Part shown: one piece after another, positions 39,321 through 52,856 of the stretch
How the letters are laid out: each line of letters begins with the position of its first letter
How positions within the stretch are numbered: position 1 is the first letter of the stretch
Assembly: GCF_001194135.2 (NCBI RefSeq)
Contig: NC_068982.1
Coordinates: 102,017,289 to 102,075,332 of the forward strand
From: Octopus bimaculoides
Taxonomy: Eukaryota
Direction: 5' to 3'
DNA: 58,044 bases
Program-made: the position numbers and the translations under genes
Notes under the pieces: model-generated
The model's database searches: none
Seen by the model: the letters and a program-made list of their open reading frames with translations, nothing else
Told to the model about the DNA's origin: nothing

Positions 39321-39459
39321 TTTTTTTATATTACTCACTCTAATGTAGAGGCATTACGAAACAATCTAAATTCTATCATATCCATTCCAAAGCCTAAATT
39401 GAATAATGAATAAAGCATTAATGTTCGTATATCCATCAAGCCAATGCGATTACGTGCTT

Positions 39460-39492
<33 letters not shown>

Positions 39493-39525
39493 TCTCTCTC
39501 TCTTCTCTCTCTCTCTCTCTCTCTC

Positions 39526-39535
39526 NNNNNNNNNN
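39526..39535. other. Assembly gap (10 N)
   Basis: N run between (CT)n and (TA)n. Confidence 1.
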
Positions 39536-40606
39536 TATATATATATATATGGGGAGACGGATAGATAGATGGATCGATCGATGAACAGGCAGATGGATGG
39601 ATGAATGCATCGATCGATCGATTGATCCTTCTTTAGAATATATGCAAAAGTTTTCCCCTGCAGGGCTAAAGCCAGTCATTAACAGTGTAGCAAGGTTCTT
39701 TTGTCTAAGTCAAGATTGCTGTCGCGGGTTTATGCTTGCAATCGTGTAGTGGATATACATGACACTTTCGTATATAAATGTGTGTGTGTGTGTGTGTGTT
39801 TTATTACTGCATATTCCATATGTATACGTGATTTTTGGCATATTTTCACCGAAGTACCTCCAAAGGAGAATTCCTGATATCGTAGTTGAATCCATATTCA
39901 GTATTCAATTAGTTCTTCAGCATATGTTCGACTACCTTTAATAGTCGTGCAAGATTAGAAAGATAGTTTACATATATTGTACATAGTATGGCAGCCATTT
40001 TCTTGCGTTTCGACCATTTATTTTTAGTTTAAATTATAGTGTTGTCGTATTCTCATTGGATATATCTTCCTAGTCAAAGTTGTTTATGTTTGTAGTCTGC
40101 CTACACGAAACATGGTCACCAGACATTATGCAGTAAAGTTCTTTCTTCGTGTTAATTCCATAATGTTCGCCACTTGTTCTATTGTTTTAATTTGGTAGCT
40201 TTTTTTTCTCATTAACCATCGATGTTGTACAGCTTAGATTCCACTTTTCGTTTCTGTCTTAAGGCCACACATTGTCAGCTATTGCTTTCATATTAGCTTT
40301 CTTTTTGTCCATTCCTGCAGGTTACTGATAATTGTGAGATTTTGTTCTCCATTTCTTTCATCAGTGCGTTTTTAGATTTCCACTTTGATTTTTCTCTTTC
40401 GCTGTTTTTCTTGTTATTTTCTTTTATTTTATTTCTGTTTCTTAGTTTGTCAATATGTCAATTTCTTTGTCTTGGAATGATTAGCTTCCAGTTCCTACTT
40501 TGCCGTTTACATACATATATACATACCCACATATATACACATACACACTTACACATGAGCATATACACGCACACACATGCATGTATATGTGTATATATAT
40601 ATTGTG

Positions 40607-40682
<76 letters not shown>

Positions 40683-40989
40683 TGTGTGTGTGTGTATGTA
40701 TGTATACTTCGCTTACATGTTAATATCAAGTTTAGTTATAAGTTTTAATCTGGCTTTCTCTAATATGCTTTTCTAATTTTCTCCTTTATTTCCCTGTATT
40801 GTATATTATCAGTTTTATCTACCCTAATGTATTTATTTTGCTCTCTCAGATCTAATTCTTTGATTTCGAAGTCTAAATTAATCCTAAGTTGCCGAGTTTT
40901 AATTAACTCTCTCCTTCCATTTCGTATTTTTTTCTACGCTTTACCTATTTTTCAATAATTATAATAATGCAGTGATGGATTAGTAGTAA

Positions 40990-41410
40990 CGTTAGAAAGT
41001 AGACAAAATGTCCTGCAGCATTTTATCTGTGACTTTATGATCTGGGTTCAAATCACACCAAGGTTAACTTTGCCTTTCATCCTTTCGGGATCGATAAAGT
41101 AAAATAAAAGTTGAGCACTGAAGTCTAAGTAGTCGACATAGCGCCTCCACTAAAATTTGCTGTCCGTTTGCTGAAAGAATCGTTAGTGTATCGGATAAAA
41201 TGTTTAGCGAAATTTCTTTCGAGTCATTAAGTTCTGAGTTCAAATTCCGCTGTGGTCAACTGTGACATAAATCTTTTCGGGGTCGATTGAATAAATACTT
41301 TTATCACTAAAATAAGTATTGGGGCCTATAAAATACGTGAGATCGATGTAATCGATTTTCCTCCTTTCCTCAAAGTGACTGGCCTTGTGTCAAATATTTG
41401 AAAGAATTAT
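40990..41410 (+). mobile_element. Two tandem degraded SINE-B copies
   Basis: gggttcaaat..aaggttaactttgcctttcatcctttcggg and ttctgagttcaaattccgc...cggggtcga...ggccttgtgtc. Confidence 0.7.
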
Positions 41411-41587
41411 TTATTATTTTAGAATATGTATGGAGAACAATGAGAATCAAGACAATGACATAATCGTCATAATACTTTCCGGCAGATTCTATTGTAAATG
41501 AACTAATCGCTGTTGCATTTCGTTTTGGGATAACAACTTCTCTCATACGAGGGATTTTTACAACACACTCGATCCATTGATGTAAAG

Positions 41588-41882
41588 CAGTAGTTCTCAA
41601 CCGGGATCTATAGTACCCTTAAAGGTCTGTGTAACACGTATTTAGTTAAAATGTATGTGCAATAAAGTGCTTACATTTCTTCAATATAACAGGTATCTTG
41701 ACAATTTTTTAATGCAATTCCTAATATAATCAGATTTTTTCAAACATCGAGTGGCTATGAGGGTCAACCTGATTAATCAAAAACAATGATATAATTGTCA
41801 TTCCTCGTAATTTCCTGCAGATTCGATTGGCAACGAGGTAATCGTTCATGTTTTTGGAAGTAAAAATGGTTGAGAAACACTG
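41588..41882. mobile_element. hAT (Charlie-type) MITE
   Basis: TIRs cagtagttctcaacc / ggttgagaaacactg; degenerate 8-bp TSD atgtaaag / acgtaacg with central TA. Confidence 0.8.
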
Positions 41883-41892
41883 ACGTAACGGA

Positions 41893-41943
41893 AGATAAGA
41901 CACCGTAGTGTTTCGACCTGGTTGTGTCTCTTCAGTCAAGTCT
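41893..41943 (-). ncRNA. Canonical type I hammerhead ribozyme
   Basis: Minus strand: agacttga CTGAAGA GAC acaaccag GTC GAAA CAC tacg GTG TC ttatct. All core nucleotides present, GUC cleavage triplet, UACG-capped stem III. Confidence 0.75.
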
Positions 41944-42049
41944 GTCCTACGGATGAATAAAGCTACACAAGAATTATAGCTCTTGTTTACGGATTTAGGC
42001 AAACAAATTATTTGCTGATGCATGCTGATATCTATCATAGGGATAATAA

Positions 42050-44980
42050 TTCATCGCGTGCTTGGAGAGCATAGAGCTTCGTAAACACATGTGACGGTTT
42101 GCTGTTCCAACGGTCATTATATTATCAATACTAATTTCCCACTTGAAACAGTTAACAGAAAATGTATGAACAACAATAATGTCAGCAACAACAACACTGC
42201 TGACAAATCTGGTAAGTGTAAAACATACATGAATGTAACATTACTACCAAGATCACTGACACTAGTACAGACCGAAATAATAACACCAATTAGCACGAAA
42301 ATCAACAATAACAATGTGCATGCGAAACCAAATTATCGAGTCAACACACTTGGAAATTCCACGTCCGCCACGATTGCCATCGCATTTATTAAGAGCAACG
42401 AAAATAAAAATCCATCTCAGACATCATAATTAACAAAGCCAATGTTATCGAGTAAGCAAATACAGTCCGATAGGAGGAACAAATTGAAGTAATGCTGCAC
42501 GAATTAACGAATGTTAACTACTTCGCGATAATATCTGGCCGGAACGTAGAATAAGATATCCTAAAATACATGCGACAAAAAAATCTGAAAATATAAATAG
42601 ATAGGAATAATAGCCACAAAACAGAGCGAGCGACAGAGTAACAAATAGAAAAGAGCCTCAGACTAATCCGGGGTACGGAAACAGATTGTTATAGGAAAAT
42701 ATAGCACAATAGAAGCCAGATTTCTGATATCGGACAGGACCAGGAAACACATCATAACAACTCTAAGGAGTGACGAACTGGTTCCCATATCAATCAAATG
42801 TAGCCGTAAGGTACCCCCAGAAATAAGCTTTTGGTTTTAGACGTAGAAGACAAAACTAGTCTTATGCATATCCAGAGGCTGCATAAATAAAATTGATCGG
42901 GCCACAATATTTAACTAATGATACAAACGAATAAAGAAAGCATCGAATCCATCCGAGACCATATCAGTCTGTCGAGCGGCACAAAATTGTACGTGACCGT
43001 CGTGGCCAGAAAGATAAGATGTTCATTGTGTGGCAAGACAAACAATCTCAAAGCTTTCTATCCACAGAAAAGGAGGGGAGAAGAACAACATCTCTTCTGT
43101 CAACATAATCTCTGCAAAAGTCACAGTATTTACTCTAATAGCAGTGTGCAGCTGCAAAAGTAATAACGACAGCAACTGCAACACTAGAATCAGCAGCTGT
43201 TAAGGCAACATTAATTCCCGCAATGACAGCTGCAGCTTCACCACCAACAGCAGCAGCAACAGTAGCAGAAGCATCAGAATTAACAGAAATAACACAAAGA
43301 GCGAAAAAGAACGGTAACAAAAATATATCAAATTAACTGCTTGTGGAAAACCCTTCAAACTGCTGATAAAGCGAAACACCTGTCTTTCCTCAGGAATAAG
43401 GTAAATGTTCATTTTTGAGCGTTTTCATGCCACCCAATAACGCCTTATTCGAAATAATGCATGTGATCTTGGGTCACCTTGAAAGGAGGACATTTTGTTC
43501 AACATAACTAGATATAGATGTAGAAACCAAAAGAGAGGTCAGAGTTTCTGATCCACAAGCCCATGCCCAATTTTTTGCTGGATACTTTGACCAATGTTTC
43601 AACAAAGGGATTGACACTTGTCGCAGATGGCCATGGCCCAATGACCTAAGTGCGGATGCGTAAGCATGCGCCACCCGAAAAGATCTAATCCACGACCGCC
43701 TCCATTTCATGGGATATGGATGGAGTGAGTTCGACCACCAATAATTAAGGACTGTTACCAAGGCGAGCGCATTCAGTCCCGTTTTCCACTCATACATAAG
43801 AACAATATATCACATCTGCTTCGTACATAGATCAATAGTTACCCATTAAAACTATTCAGTATCATGCACTCAGTCCGTAAATGTTGTTTCTTCTAGCTTC
43901 TCTTTTGTATGTACTGACTCCTGAGCCACTACTGCCGAAATTAGAGCGTTTAGTGAAATCCCGCGCAGATTAAAATATGGAAGGAGAGTGTTGGTATATG
44001 CGGACGATTTCACTGTCAGAGTATGAAATAATAGGCACGTTGAGATGAATGGCACCCCTCTAAAGGGCTACGTGGTGGTGACAGAAGCAAAGATTAACTT
44101 TAAAATTTAGTAGGATTGCGATGCGGCATATGGAAAGGTTGGTCCAGGCTGTTCAATAACATTGGGCGATGGTTGGACAGACTGGTTAAGTTGTTCAAAG
44201 CCTGGCGTGGTTCCGATCTCCGAGTACAGGTGACGAACAGAAGAGCAACTCTCATCTAGAAATACGCTGCGAGACTACTATCTCTGAAAGGCTGAGCAGA
44301 GATGGCGAACGCTTATATTGCTCCTGTCATATATTGTCGCCTGACCGTCGTACCTCACTTCACTTCAAGTGTCATCGGACTGCAGCGTCTGCTCTTACAT
44401 TTTCTGTGGAATGGACGAGATCCTCTAGTTAGGTGCTCCATTTGTTATCTACCCTCCTTGAGTTGTCATACCATGGTTTATGATGCAATAATATGGTCTG
44501 AATCTTCCACATCTTCAACATTTACAAGATGGTGAGTTGTGTTCACAGTTTATCAGATTCGCATTGGTAGAGCTCATCTTTTTGACAAACTTTCAGTCCT
44601 GGATCAAGCGTAAATCATAGTAGGGTACTTAGCGCCAAGATTCTCTGCCAGAAGAACAATGTGGTGGGTAGAAGCTTCGCTTTGGCAATCGAGAAGAGGG
44701 TTAGTGTTGGCCAAGAGCGACAACTTTCTCTCGAAGACTCTGAGCGTCGATGAGAAATAGCTGGTCCGTTACGGCGAAATTGCAGGCCTGGACTATGGAA
44801 ATTTTTTAGAAATTCCTGACCTGGCGGTGATGCTGGAGGTGGAGAACAATACTGGTTCGAGATAAACTCTACATTTATGGAAGTGCTGTCTGTCAGCCGC
44901 CCTTGTACTTGATGTGCACAGAGCGACGAAACTACAGTCTCCGCTCTTATAACTAAACTCGATGTTATTAACATGTGAGC
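42050..44980 (+). mobile_element. Degraded L1/Tx1-type LINE (ORF1 plus ORF2 RT; endonuclease largely missing)
   Basis: Decayed knuckle CSLCGKTNNLKAFY (43020-43061); RT motifs including YVLTPEPLL and YADD (43997-44008); ANAYIA.VIY.RLTVVP; zf-RVT-like C..CAQSDET near 44900-44935. Confidence 0.85.
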
Positions 44981-45325
44981 ACAAAGCGAATTATACATAC
45001 ATATATACATATACATATACGTAAATGTGTGTTGGGGGGTGTAGACGGCAAAGTAGGAACTGGATGTACTTGTACTAAATGTTTGAAAGAATTATTATTT
45101 ATTACTTCAGAATATGCATGGAGAACATGACAATCAAGACAATGACATAATCGTTAGTCTTCATTCTATTCCGCAGCTTCTATTGTGGATGAGGTAATCG
45201 TTGTTGCATTTCGTTTTTATAGAACAGCTTCTTTCATAAGATGTATCTTTACGACACATTCGTTTCATTAATGAAAGGCAGTGGTTCTCTAGCTTGATAA
45301 CTGTTGACATTCTTTTATTATTTTA

Positions 45326-45380
45326 TTCTTTTACTTGTTTCAGTTATGAGACTTTGGTCATGCTGGGGCACCACCTTAAA
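45326..45380 (-). mobile_element. SINE-A 3' tail fragment
   Basis: tcttttacttgtttcag...ggtcatgctggggcaccacc is the reverse complement of 55-105. Confidence 0.7.
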
Positions 45381-45899
45381 TCACCCCAATTTTTTCGCTA
45401 AGTCTAGTTTATTATTAGTTAAAGAGGACGATGTAGTGGTTGAATTATTTGAAGATCAGACAAAATGATCAGCCTTGTTTAGTTAAGACTCTTTCAATCT
45501 AATTTGAAACCTTACCGAGGTCAAACTTACTTTTTACCCCTCTGGTTTCGATAAATTATAATAGTAGAATTGATTTAATTGACTAATCTTCTCTCTCAAA
45601 TTTTCAGACGTTCTGCCTATTTTAGAAATGCGTATAAACCAAAATTATCTATATGTTTGGGCCTCAAACATATGAGAGAAAACATTTTTGAATGGAAGTA
45701 TGAGTTAAACAGAGGAAGAAACCAGCTCCCATGATACTTTTCAGATCTGTTGGGAAAAGGCAAGACCATGGCCTCATATTGAAAAACTAGATCCGAATGC
45801 TTACGTCAGAATGAACACCGTTCAATGTGAAAAAAGGCTGAGTGGCTCAGTCACACCAGTCGTTAGATTAAGGATACTACCTTAAAACAGAAAATTACC

Positions 45900-46060
45900 T
45901 ACAAGAAACTTCCACAGAGTTTCCATTCACCATATTTCACTCACAATGTACCAAGAGAATATTGTAGAAGACACTTGCTTAAGGTTTCTTGCACTAGAAT
46001 CAAACACGAAACCATAAAGTTGTGAATAGAATGTTTGAACCATGCATCTATACCTGCTCT
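45900..46060 (-). mobile_element. SINE family A, degraded
   Basis: gagtttcc...ttcactcacaa...tagaagacacttgc..aagg...gaaaccat. Confidence 0.6.
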
Positions 46061-49000
46061 TTTATTATGTATTTAAAAAGAAAGAAATCATGTGAAAGAA
46101 GCAAAATAAATGTACTAAGTTATAAACGAAAATAAAGCCAAGAAAATAATATAATATTCTAAGAAAAGTAGGACAAATATATATTTAAGAAATCTATGGA
46201 AACAAAAAGCAATCTGTTTATACTGAAATAGAAAATTTCACTGAGTGGAAAGCAACTAAGAAAACATAATATTATATGCACTCAGGTTTAATAAGAAAAA
46301 CTAAATGACTAAACAACAAAGAAAAACAAAAATAGTGAAAAACAATTATCTTTGTAAAATGTCATGTTTTTTGTATCCACCAAAATTTCTACTTTTCTAT
46401 CTACTTATTAGTATGTAGGTCTGTCACTATAGTACAATTTTGAAAATATCTAGATGAATTCCTTATATATCCATTCAGTATACTCAGGTTCCTTCCTACT
46501 GAAAATATTTTATCCTCTACTCTTTCTTCTATCCATCTGCCTTTGTATCAATCTAAATCTTTATTTATCTACTAACCTTCCTATCTATGTATTCAGTGGT
46601 TATTAATCTACACACCATTTACCTCGTTTCTCTCATGTATTCTATTGTCTTATATATCCAGCTCATTAGTTCTCAGCTAGATCGCCTGTCTTCCCATCTA
46701 TCTTTATATGAGTCGAAATTAATTTCCTCTTTTTCACTTTACATGAATGTCAAAATTTACTCATAGACTTACTTCTCCGAAATATTTACATCTTGTTACA
46801 TTTAAAACACGCCCAACTACAAAAATTGTGTGTACAATATACTAGAAGTTGCAACATACCTATTATATGGAAAAATACGATGTTTATATCATTAATAAAG
46901 CATGCTAAGTATTTAATAATAAAATCTAATAAAAGAGATTTTAGTACAGCCTCGTTTACTAGAAATTAACAATCAATCAACATCTGAAAGTTAGATATTG
47001 CCTCTTTTATTCAGTTATGCCTCCAAGGCATGGGTCATAGACACAGTAAAACGGTGCACGGAGACTGATACTTTTGTTATTTGCATTTAAGTGTCAAAAA
47101 AATGAAAGAGAGCGAACATGAAATTAAAATCGAAAAGAAATACAGAGACGTGAGAACGAGGACAGTCATACAGTGATCAAAAGAACCAGAAAGAAAAACA
47201 AGAATGAGAACAAAAATTTGAAAGATATGAAAGAATGCCGGAAAGAACATATATGAATTATTTAACATGAAAGGATGAAAGAATGAAAGAAAACATAGTT
47301 AACTAATTACAATGATATACATAAATTTAGTACCGCGATTACGGTTGAGAGCTGGCTTTTTCACTGGATAGGACACTAGTCACTCATAGCTAACTTTCTG
47401 AAAATGTAAAGAGACGCTGTAATTATCAGAATAATTAAGGAAAGCGAAGGAAATAAAATACCTTAAACTTCCAGTTGACAATAGCTCGATACCAACCAGG
47501 GGCTACTACAATATAATATACAAACGCTGTTACGACCCATTTTATAGTATGAACTTACTATATCTGTCCTCTCAAATATAGAACCTATGAAACTAAGGAA
47601 ACCAACTTAATCGCAAATATCGTTTATCTTCAACTAACAACATGGCTGGTGCTATTTTGCCTTTTTAACACTATTTATAGATTGTAGCATTAATCATACG
47701 AAAATATCGATATTATTTTTATCTCTACATTTTTGTTCCTAACAAATATTAGTGATTTTTTTTTAATTCTCTTATTCGTTTAAAATAAATGTGATTCATT
47801 AATAATAATTTGCTTATCTTGCCTTCTCATTATTGACCTAAGCGTTCTCAATGCGCTTGGTTCTGAGGCCGAATCAATAATATAATGATATTCTACTAGT
47901 GCAGAGGTTTGATAAATAGTTCACAGGATTCTGATTTGGTTAACATGGTTTTCTTTTAGACATTTCTGATTAAATTATCTTTTTTATAATCAATAAAGTT
48001 TTAATTATTTTTTAAAATAATTTTAAATATTTAGTTGCAAATTAGCATCACACTAATTTCAAATGCATATAGCCTGGATATTTCTCGATTTAAATCATTT
48101 AAATGATTATCGCATTTAAAAAGAGGTTTTAGTAATTTTGAGATAATTTATAGTTTTTCACGAAACATAATTTCTAAATAATTTTTGTGCAAAAATTGCA
48201 TTATTTACTGCCATATTAAAATAATGATTTAAAACTTTTACAGAAAATGATTTCATGAAATAGATAGATTAATGTGTAATAATTGTCCGCAATACCTCAT
48301 AATTAATATCATTTAAATAGATTAATCAATAGAAAATCAAAAAAGGATTAAAATTTATAATTAACAAAACCTTCAAACGCCTGTGGCGTTAACAAAATTT
48401 AGATAAATACTGAACACATTAATTCATCAATTAATTTTTATATATCTGGAAAATATTTCTCGTATATTTGGTAAATAGTAATCAAATGTGATTTGATGCT
48501 GAAAATATGAAGTGGATCGTATTTATGTAGTATGAGGTTTATCTTAAGATCACTTTAGTAAACAGCAGATATAACTGAACTTCAGACCAAGTATGTTTAT
48601 AGTTTCTATGGATGAAGCAACAATAAATTCTAAAATAGATGTTTAATGCTTATTTTATAAGCACGCCAACACTTGTACTGTAAATATCATAACAGCACTA
48701 GGTGACAGTCCCACACTTAATCCATTTTCTGTGTCATATTAGTCGTAGAATACGTCACCAGAAGTTCTATTGCAGATTAAAAAATTAAAATAATTAAAGT
48801 ATGGTAATTAACATAATTAACCACTCATTTCAATACTTTCCCTATAAAACAATAACATTGTTGCTTTCAAAAATGATTAACCACGTTAAGAATTTGATGT
48901 CTTCTGACTTAAAACAAAATATGTTATGTTTATAGAACAACCAAAACTGAAATATGTAACGTTCATGAAAGTTCCACAAGGATTTCTTTCACAATCTCAT

Positions 49001-51084
49001 GTACGAAGATGTGAAGATCAATGATACACAAATAAAACTAAAACCGAGTGACATTCTCAAAATACAGAAACAGAAGATTTAATGAGAGAGATCAGAAAAT
49101 TATGACTTTCGTGATTGCAAGGTGAGTAAAGTTACAAAAGTAGAGCATCAAAACCTTCCAACGATTTGTATCCTTTAGAACTTACCCATTATTGCATCAC
49201 AAACAAACGTCAGATATAATTTTCATATAAAGGTACGAGATAGAAAATAAGATTATTCATTGTGCGTTGCTTTTTAAAGGCATTAACCACATAAGTGAAA
49301 TGAAGTGTGACATAAACTATAAATTACCAAACAGGAACTTTACGATTGCATTATATAAACATTAGCAACTTCAGTGAAATATAAAATCGTGTCAGTTGGG
49401 ATTTGAAACTGGATTTCCATCTAATCACGTCGGAATACTTAGGACAAATATTATCAGAACATTGTTTTCTCATGACTGCTTGCAAAGACCATGCATTCTA
49501 GAAATTTCTATTGAAGCTTTATTGCGAAATTGCTTTAATCGTGACCAAAACCAGATTGTGGTATCCAACTACTATGAATATAACTCTTGATCTATGAGGT
49601 TTGACGCACATTATTTACGGAGGTTTGCTTTGATAATGTGGACAGAATTAGCTTTAACGAACAATCAGATATCGTGACATTTATTACAGGTGAATGCAGG
49701 TGTTAGATACCCTCATTTACAGTTATGATTTACACTTACACATTTCAGAGTAGAAACGTCATGAATTGTTTACTTTTCTACATTTTGTTGCATTTCATAC
49801 ATATCTTAGTTCAAATCAAACAAGTGTCAAGATTTTTTTCCATGCAACTAGTATCAATAAAGTAAGGACCACTAAATTATTATCATAAAACTATATTACT
49901 GAACACTATCAAAACACAGTTGTGATCCGTCAAATGTGCCGGCGAGGCGATCTGTGAGCTTGTCACCTTCTCATTTTCAGTTTTTACAGCTGGTTACCAG
50001 TTACGAGTAAAATAGAGCCGTTTATGTCTTTGCTCCCCAGTACATAGGTGTACCAGTTACAAATCTTAGGTCAAATCTCCTCACGATAACCCCAAATGAT
50101 AGTTATTGAGCATTTTACCAAGGAACTCAGAACTGGTTTATCACCAGAGATGCTGCATATATAGTTTCAGGGAGTAGAAATGGATCACAAACGTGATCAA
50201 AATTAGTAACAAACCTTAACTGTTTCTACAGCCAGATTAAGTAGGAATTTTCTAATACGAACAAGAAAATATCTTCTTTGAATAATTGTGTCAGCCTTAA
50301 GATATGTCAACCTAACGGTATGCATTAATATATTGAGCTCGGGGAACACTTTTCAAATAAATGTGAAACGAAATTCTACACAGATCTAACTGAAAATACG
50401 GTTCAAGTAAGGTTCTTGTAACAATCCAAATGACATATAAACGACGCACCACTAGATAAAGCATGACGGGTAATGATATTAAAAAGTATAAAATCAGTTT
50501 GAACACATGTCATTCTATGTTAGTTAATCGTCGTGATGTCGTCTTTGTCTCCCAAAGAAGTAGTACAAATTATAACAGCGGCTCATGGTACAGAAAAAAA
50601 AAGAACCGAATTATTGGTAAGAAAAGAGATTACGAAATTCCTTTTGTTTTGTCACTAATGAATTAATTAGTGGGACCCGTGGAAAGTCTACAGAACGAAA
50701 TAGATTAAGAGGGGCTATTTAAGAAAGAAGGAAAGCCACAATAATATATTACATGATTTTAAAATTTCCCTCTGCTATGCATTTTATACTTCTCTCTTTT
50801 TCTCTACCCCTTTCGCTGTGCAAATGCATCCGAGAGCAGCAATAGTCAGAATCTTGAGAATAATCGATTCATATTTATAGAGTTGGACTATCTGCTTTTT
50901 TTTTTAATTCGTACTAACAACGAAAGCAAAAAAAAGAAAACAGTTTTGCTATCAGTTGCATGCAAGTACGTGTGACCATGTACTACGCTTTCGGTATCCA
51001 TTTCGGATGTCTAATGAAGACGAGTCTAACATAGTCACCAATTAGTCCCAGTATTAACCTAGCATTGATGGTATGGCAACTGTA

Positions 51085-51225
51085 GAGAGAGAGAGACATG
51101 GAGATAGAGAGAGACAGGGAGAGACAGAGAGAGAGAGACAGACAGAGACAGAGAGAGAGAGAGAGAGAGACAGATAGAGAGAGAGACACAGAGAGAGAGA
51201 AATAGACAGAGACAGGCAGACAGAC

Positions 51226-51260
<35 letters not shown>

Positions 51261-51305
51261 TAGGTAGACACAGAGAGAGAGTGAATGAAAGAGACAGAGA
51301 GAGAG
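51085..51305. repeat. (GA)n/(GACA)n microsatellite
   Basis: Visible. Confidence 0.95.
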
Positions 51306-51505
51306 GAACGGCAGAAGAACTTAGCTACTACATATTTTCAGCTGAATATACAGGAACAACGTAAAAAAATTGTCTCTTGGTCAGCAATCGAACCGGCGAT
51401 CATAAGAACAACACCTTAATCATTAAACAACCTGGCTTCATTTGAAGTACATTATATACATACACACATATAAAATCACACACACACACACACACACACA
51501 CACAC

Positions 51506-52235
51506 NNNNNNNNNNNNNNNNNNNNNNNNNNNNNNNNNNNNNNNNNNNNNNNNNNNNNNNNNNNNNNNNNNNNNNNNNNNNNNNNNNNNNNNNNNNNNNN
51601 NNNNNNNNNNNNNNNNNNNNNNNNNNNNNNNNNNNNNNNNNNNNNNNNNNNNNNNNNNNNNNNNNNNNNNNNNNNNNNNNNNNNNNNNNNNNNNNNNNNN
51701 NNNNNNNNNNNNNNNNNNNNNNNNNNNNNNNNNNNNNNNNNNNNNNNNNNNNNNNNNNNNNNNNNNNNNNNNNNNNNNNNNNNNNNNNNNNNNNNNNNNN
51801 NNNNNNNNNNNNNNNNNNNNNNNNNNNNNNNNNNNNNNNNNNNNNNNNNNNNNNNNNNNNNNNNNNNNNNNNNNNNNNNNNNNNNNNNNNNNNNNNNNNN
51901 NNNNNNNNNNNNNNNNNNNNNNNNNNNNNNNNNNNNNNNNNNNNNNNNNNNNNNNNNNNNNNNNNNNNNNNNNNNNNNNNNNNNNNNNNNNNNNNNNNNN
52001 NNNNNNNNNNNNNNNNNNNNNNNNNNNNNNNNNNNNNNNNNNNNNNNNNNNNNNNNNNNNNNNNNNNNNNNNNNNNNNNNNNNNNNNNNNNNNNNNNNNN
52101 NNNNNNNNNNNNNNNNNNNNNNNNNNNNNNNNNNNNNNNNNNNNNNNNNNNNNNNNNNNNNNNNNNNNNNNNNNNNNNNNNNNNNNNNNNNNNNNNNNNN
52201 NNNNNNNNNNNNNNNNNNNNNNNNNNNNNNNNNNN
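51506..52235. other. Assembly gap (730 N)
   Basis: N run between (CA)n and (GA)n. Confidence 1.
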
Positions 52236-52277
<42 letters not shown>

Positions 52278-52490
52278 TATATGAAATGTACATTGGCTGG
52301 CTATCTCAGTAATTTATGACTAATACAAATTTCTTTACAGCCATTTTTATTTCGTATTTCATGCAATAAACGAGATTTGCAGGTGTAGAACTATTAGCCA
52401 AATACCAACAGGATTGATACAACTTTGCGATAGCTCTATACACATACACGTGCAGGCATACGCGAACATACAGGAACATGTATACATGCA

Positions 52491-52521
<31 letters not shown>

Positions 52522-52702
52522 GGTGGGAGTATAGATATATGTATTTGTAATGTTTATAAATCTATGAAGCCACACCTGAAATGTTTCACATACTTGCTGT
52601 CTGTTTTCGCGATCCTACTGACCAAAATATATACAGATTAGCAGTTACAAGCATTTAATGTAAAAGTGCGCATTTGTTCGAAAAATACCCAGCCACACAT
52701 AT

Positions 52703-52705
52703 CTG

Positions 52706-52772
<67 letters not shown>

Positions 52773-52850
52773 GTTTGCCTGTCCTTTTATCTATCTATCT
52801 ATCTATATGTCTGTCCATTGATCCATTTATCCATCTGTCTATTTATCTAT
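52703..52850. repeat. (TATC)n microsatellite
   Basis: Visible. Confidence 0.95.
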
Positions 52851-52856
52851 GTATCT

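Noticed and set aside
51005-51040. ctaatga-agac-ga-gtct-aaca and gtgatgaagg..cc (~8485) as hammerheads
   Set aside because: Two or more core positions broken and no GAAA.
51375-51440. tRNA gene
   Set aside because: Only a degraded A/B-box SINE head on the minus strand; no cloverleaf. The same applies to the other SINE heads.
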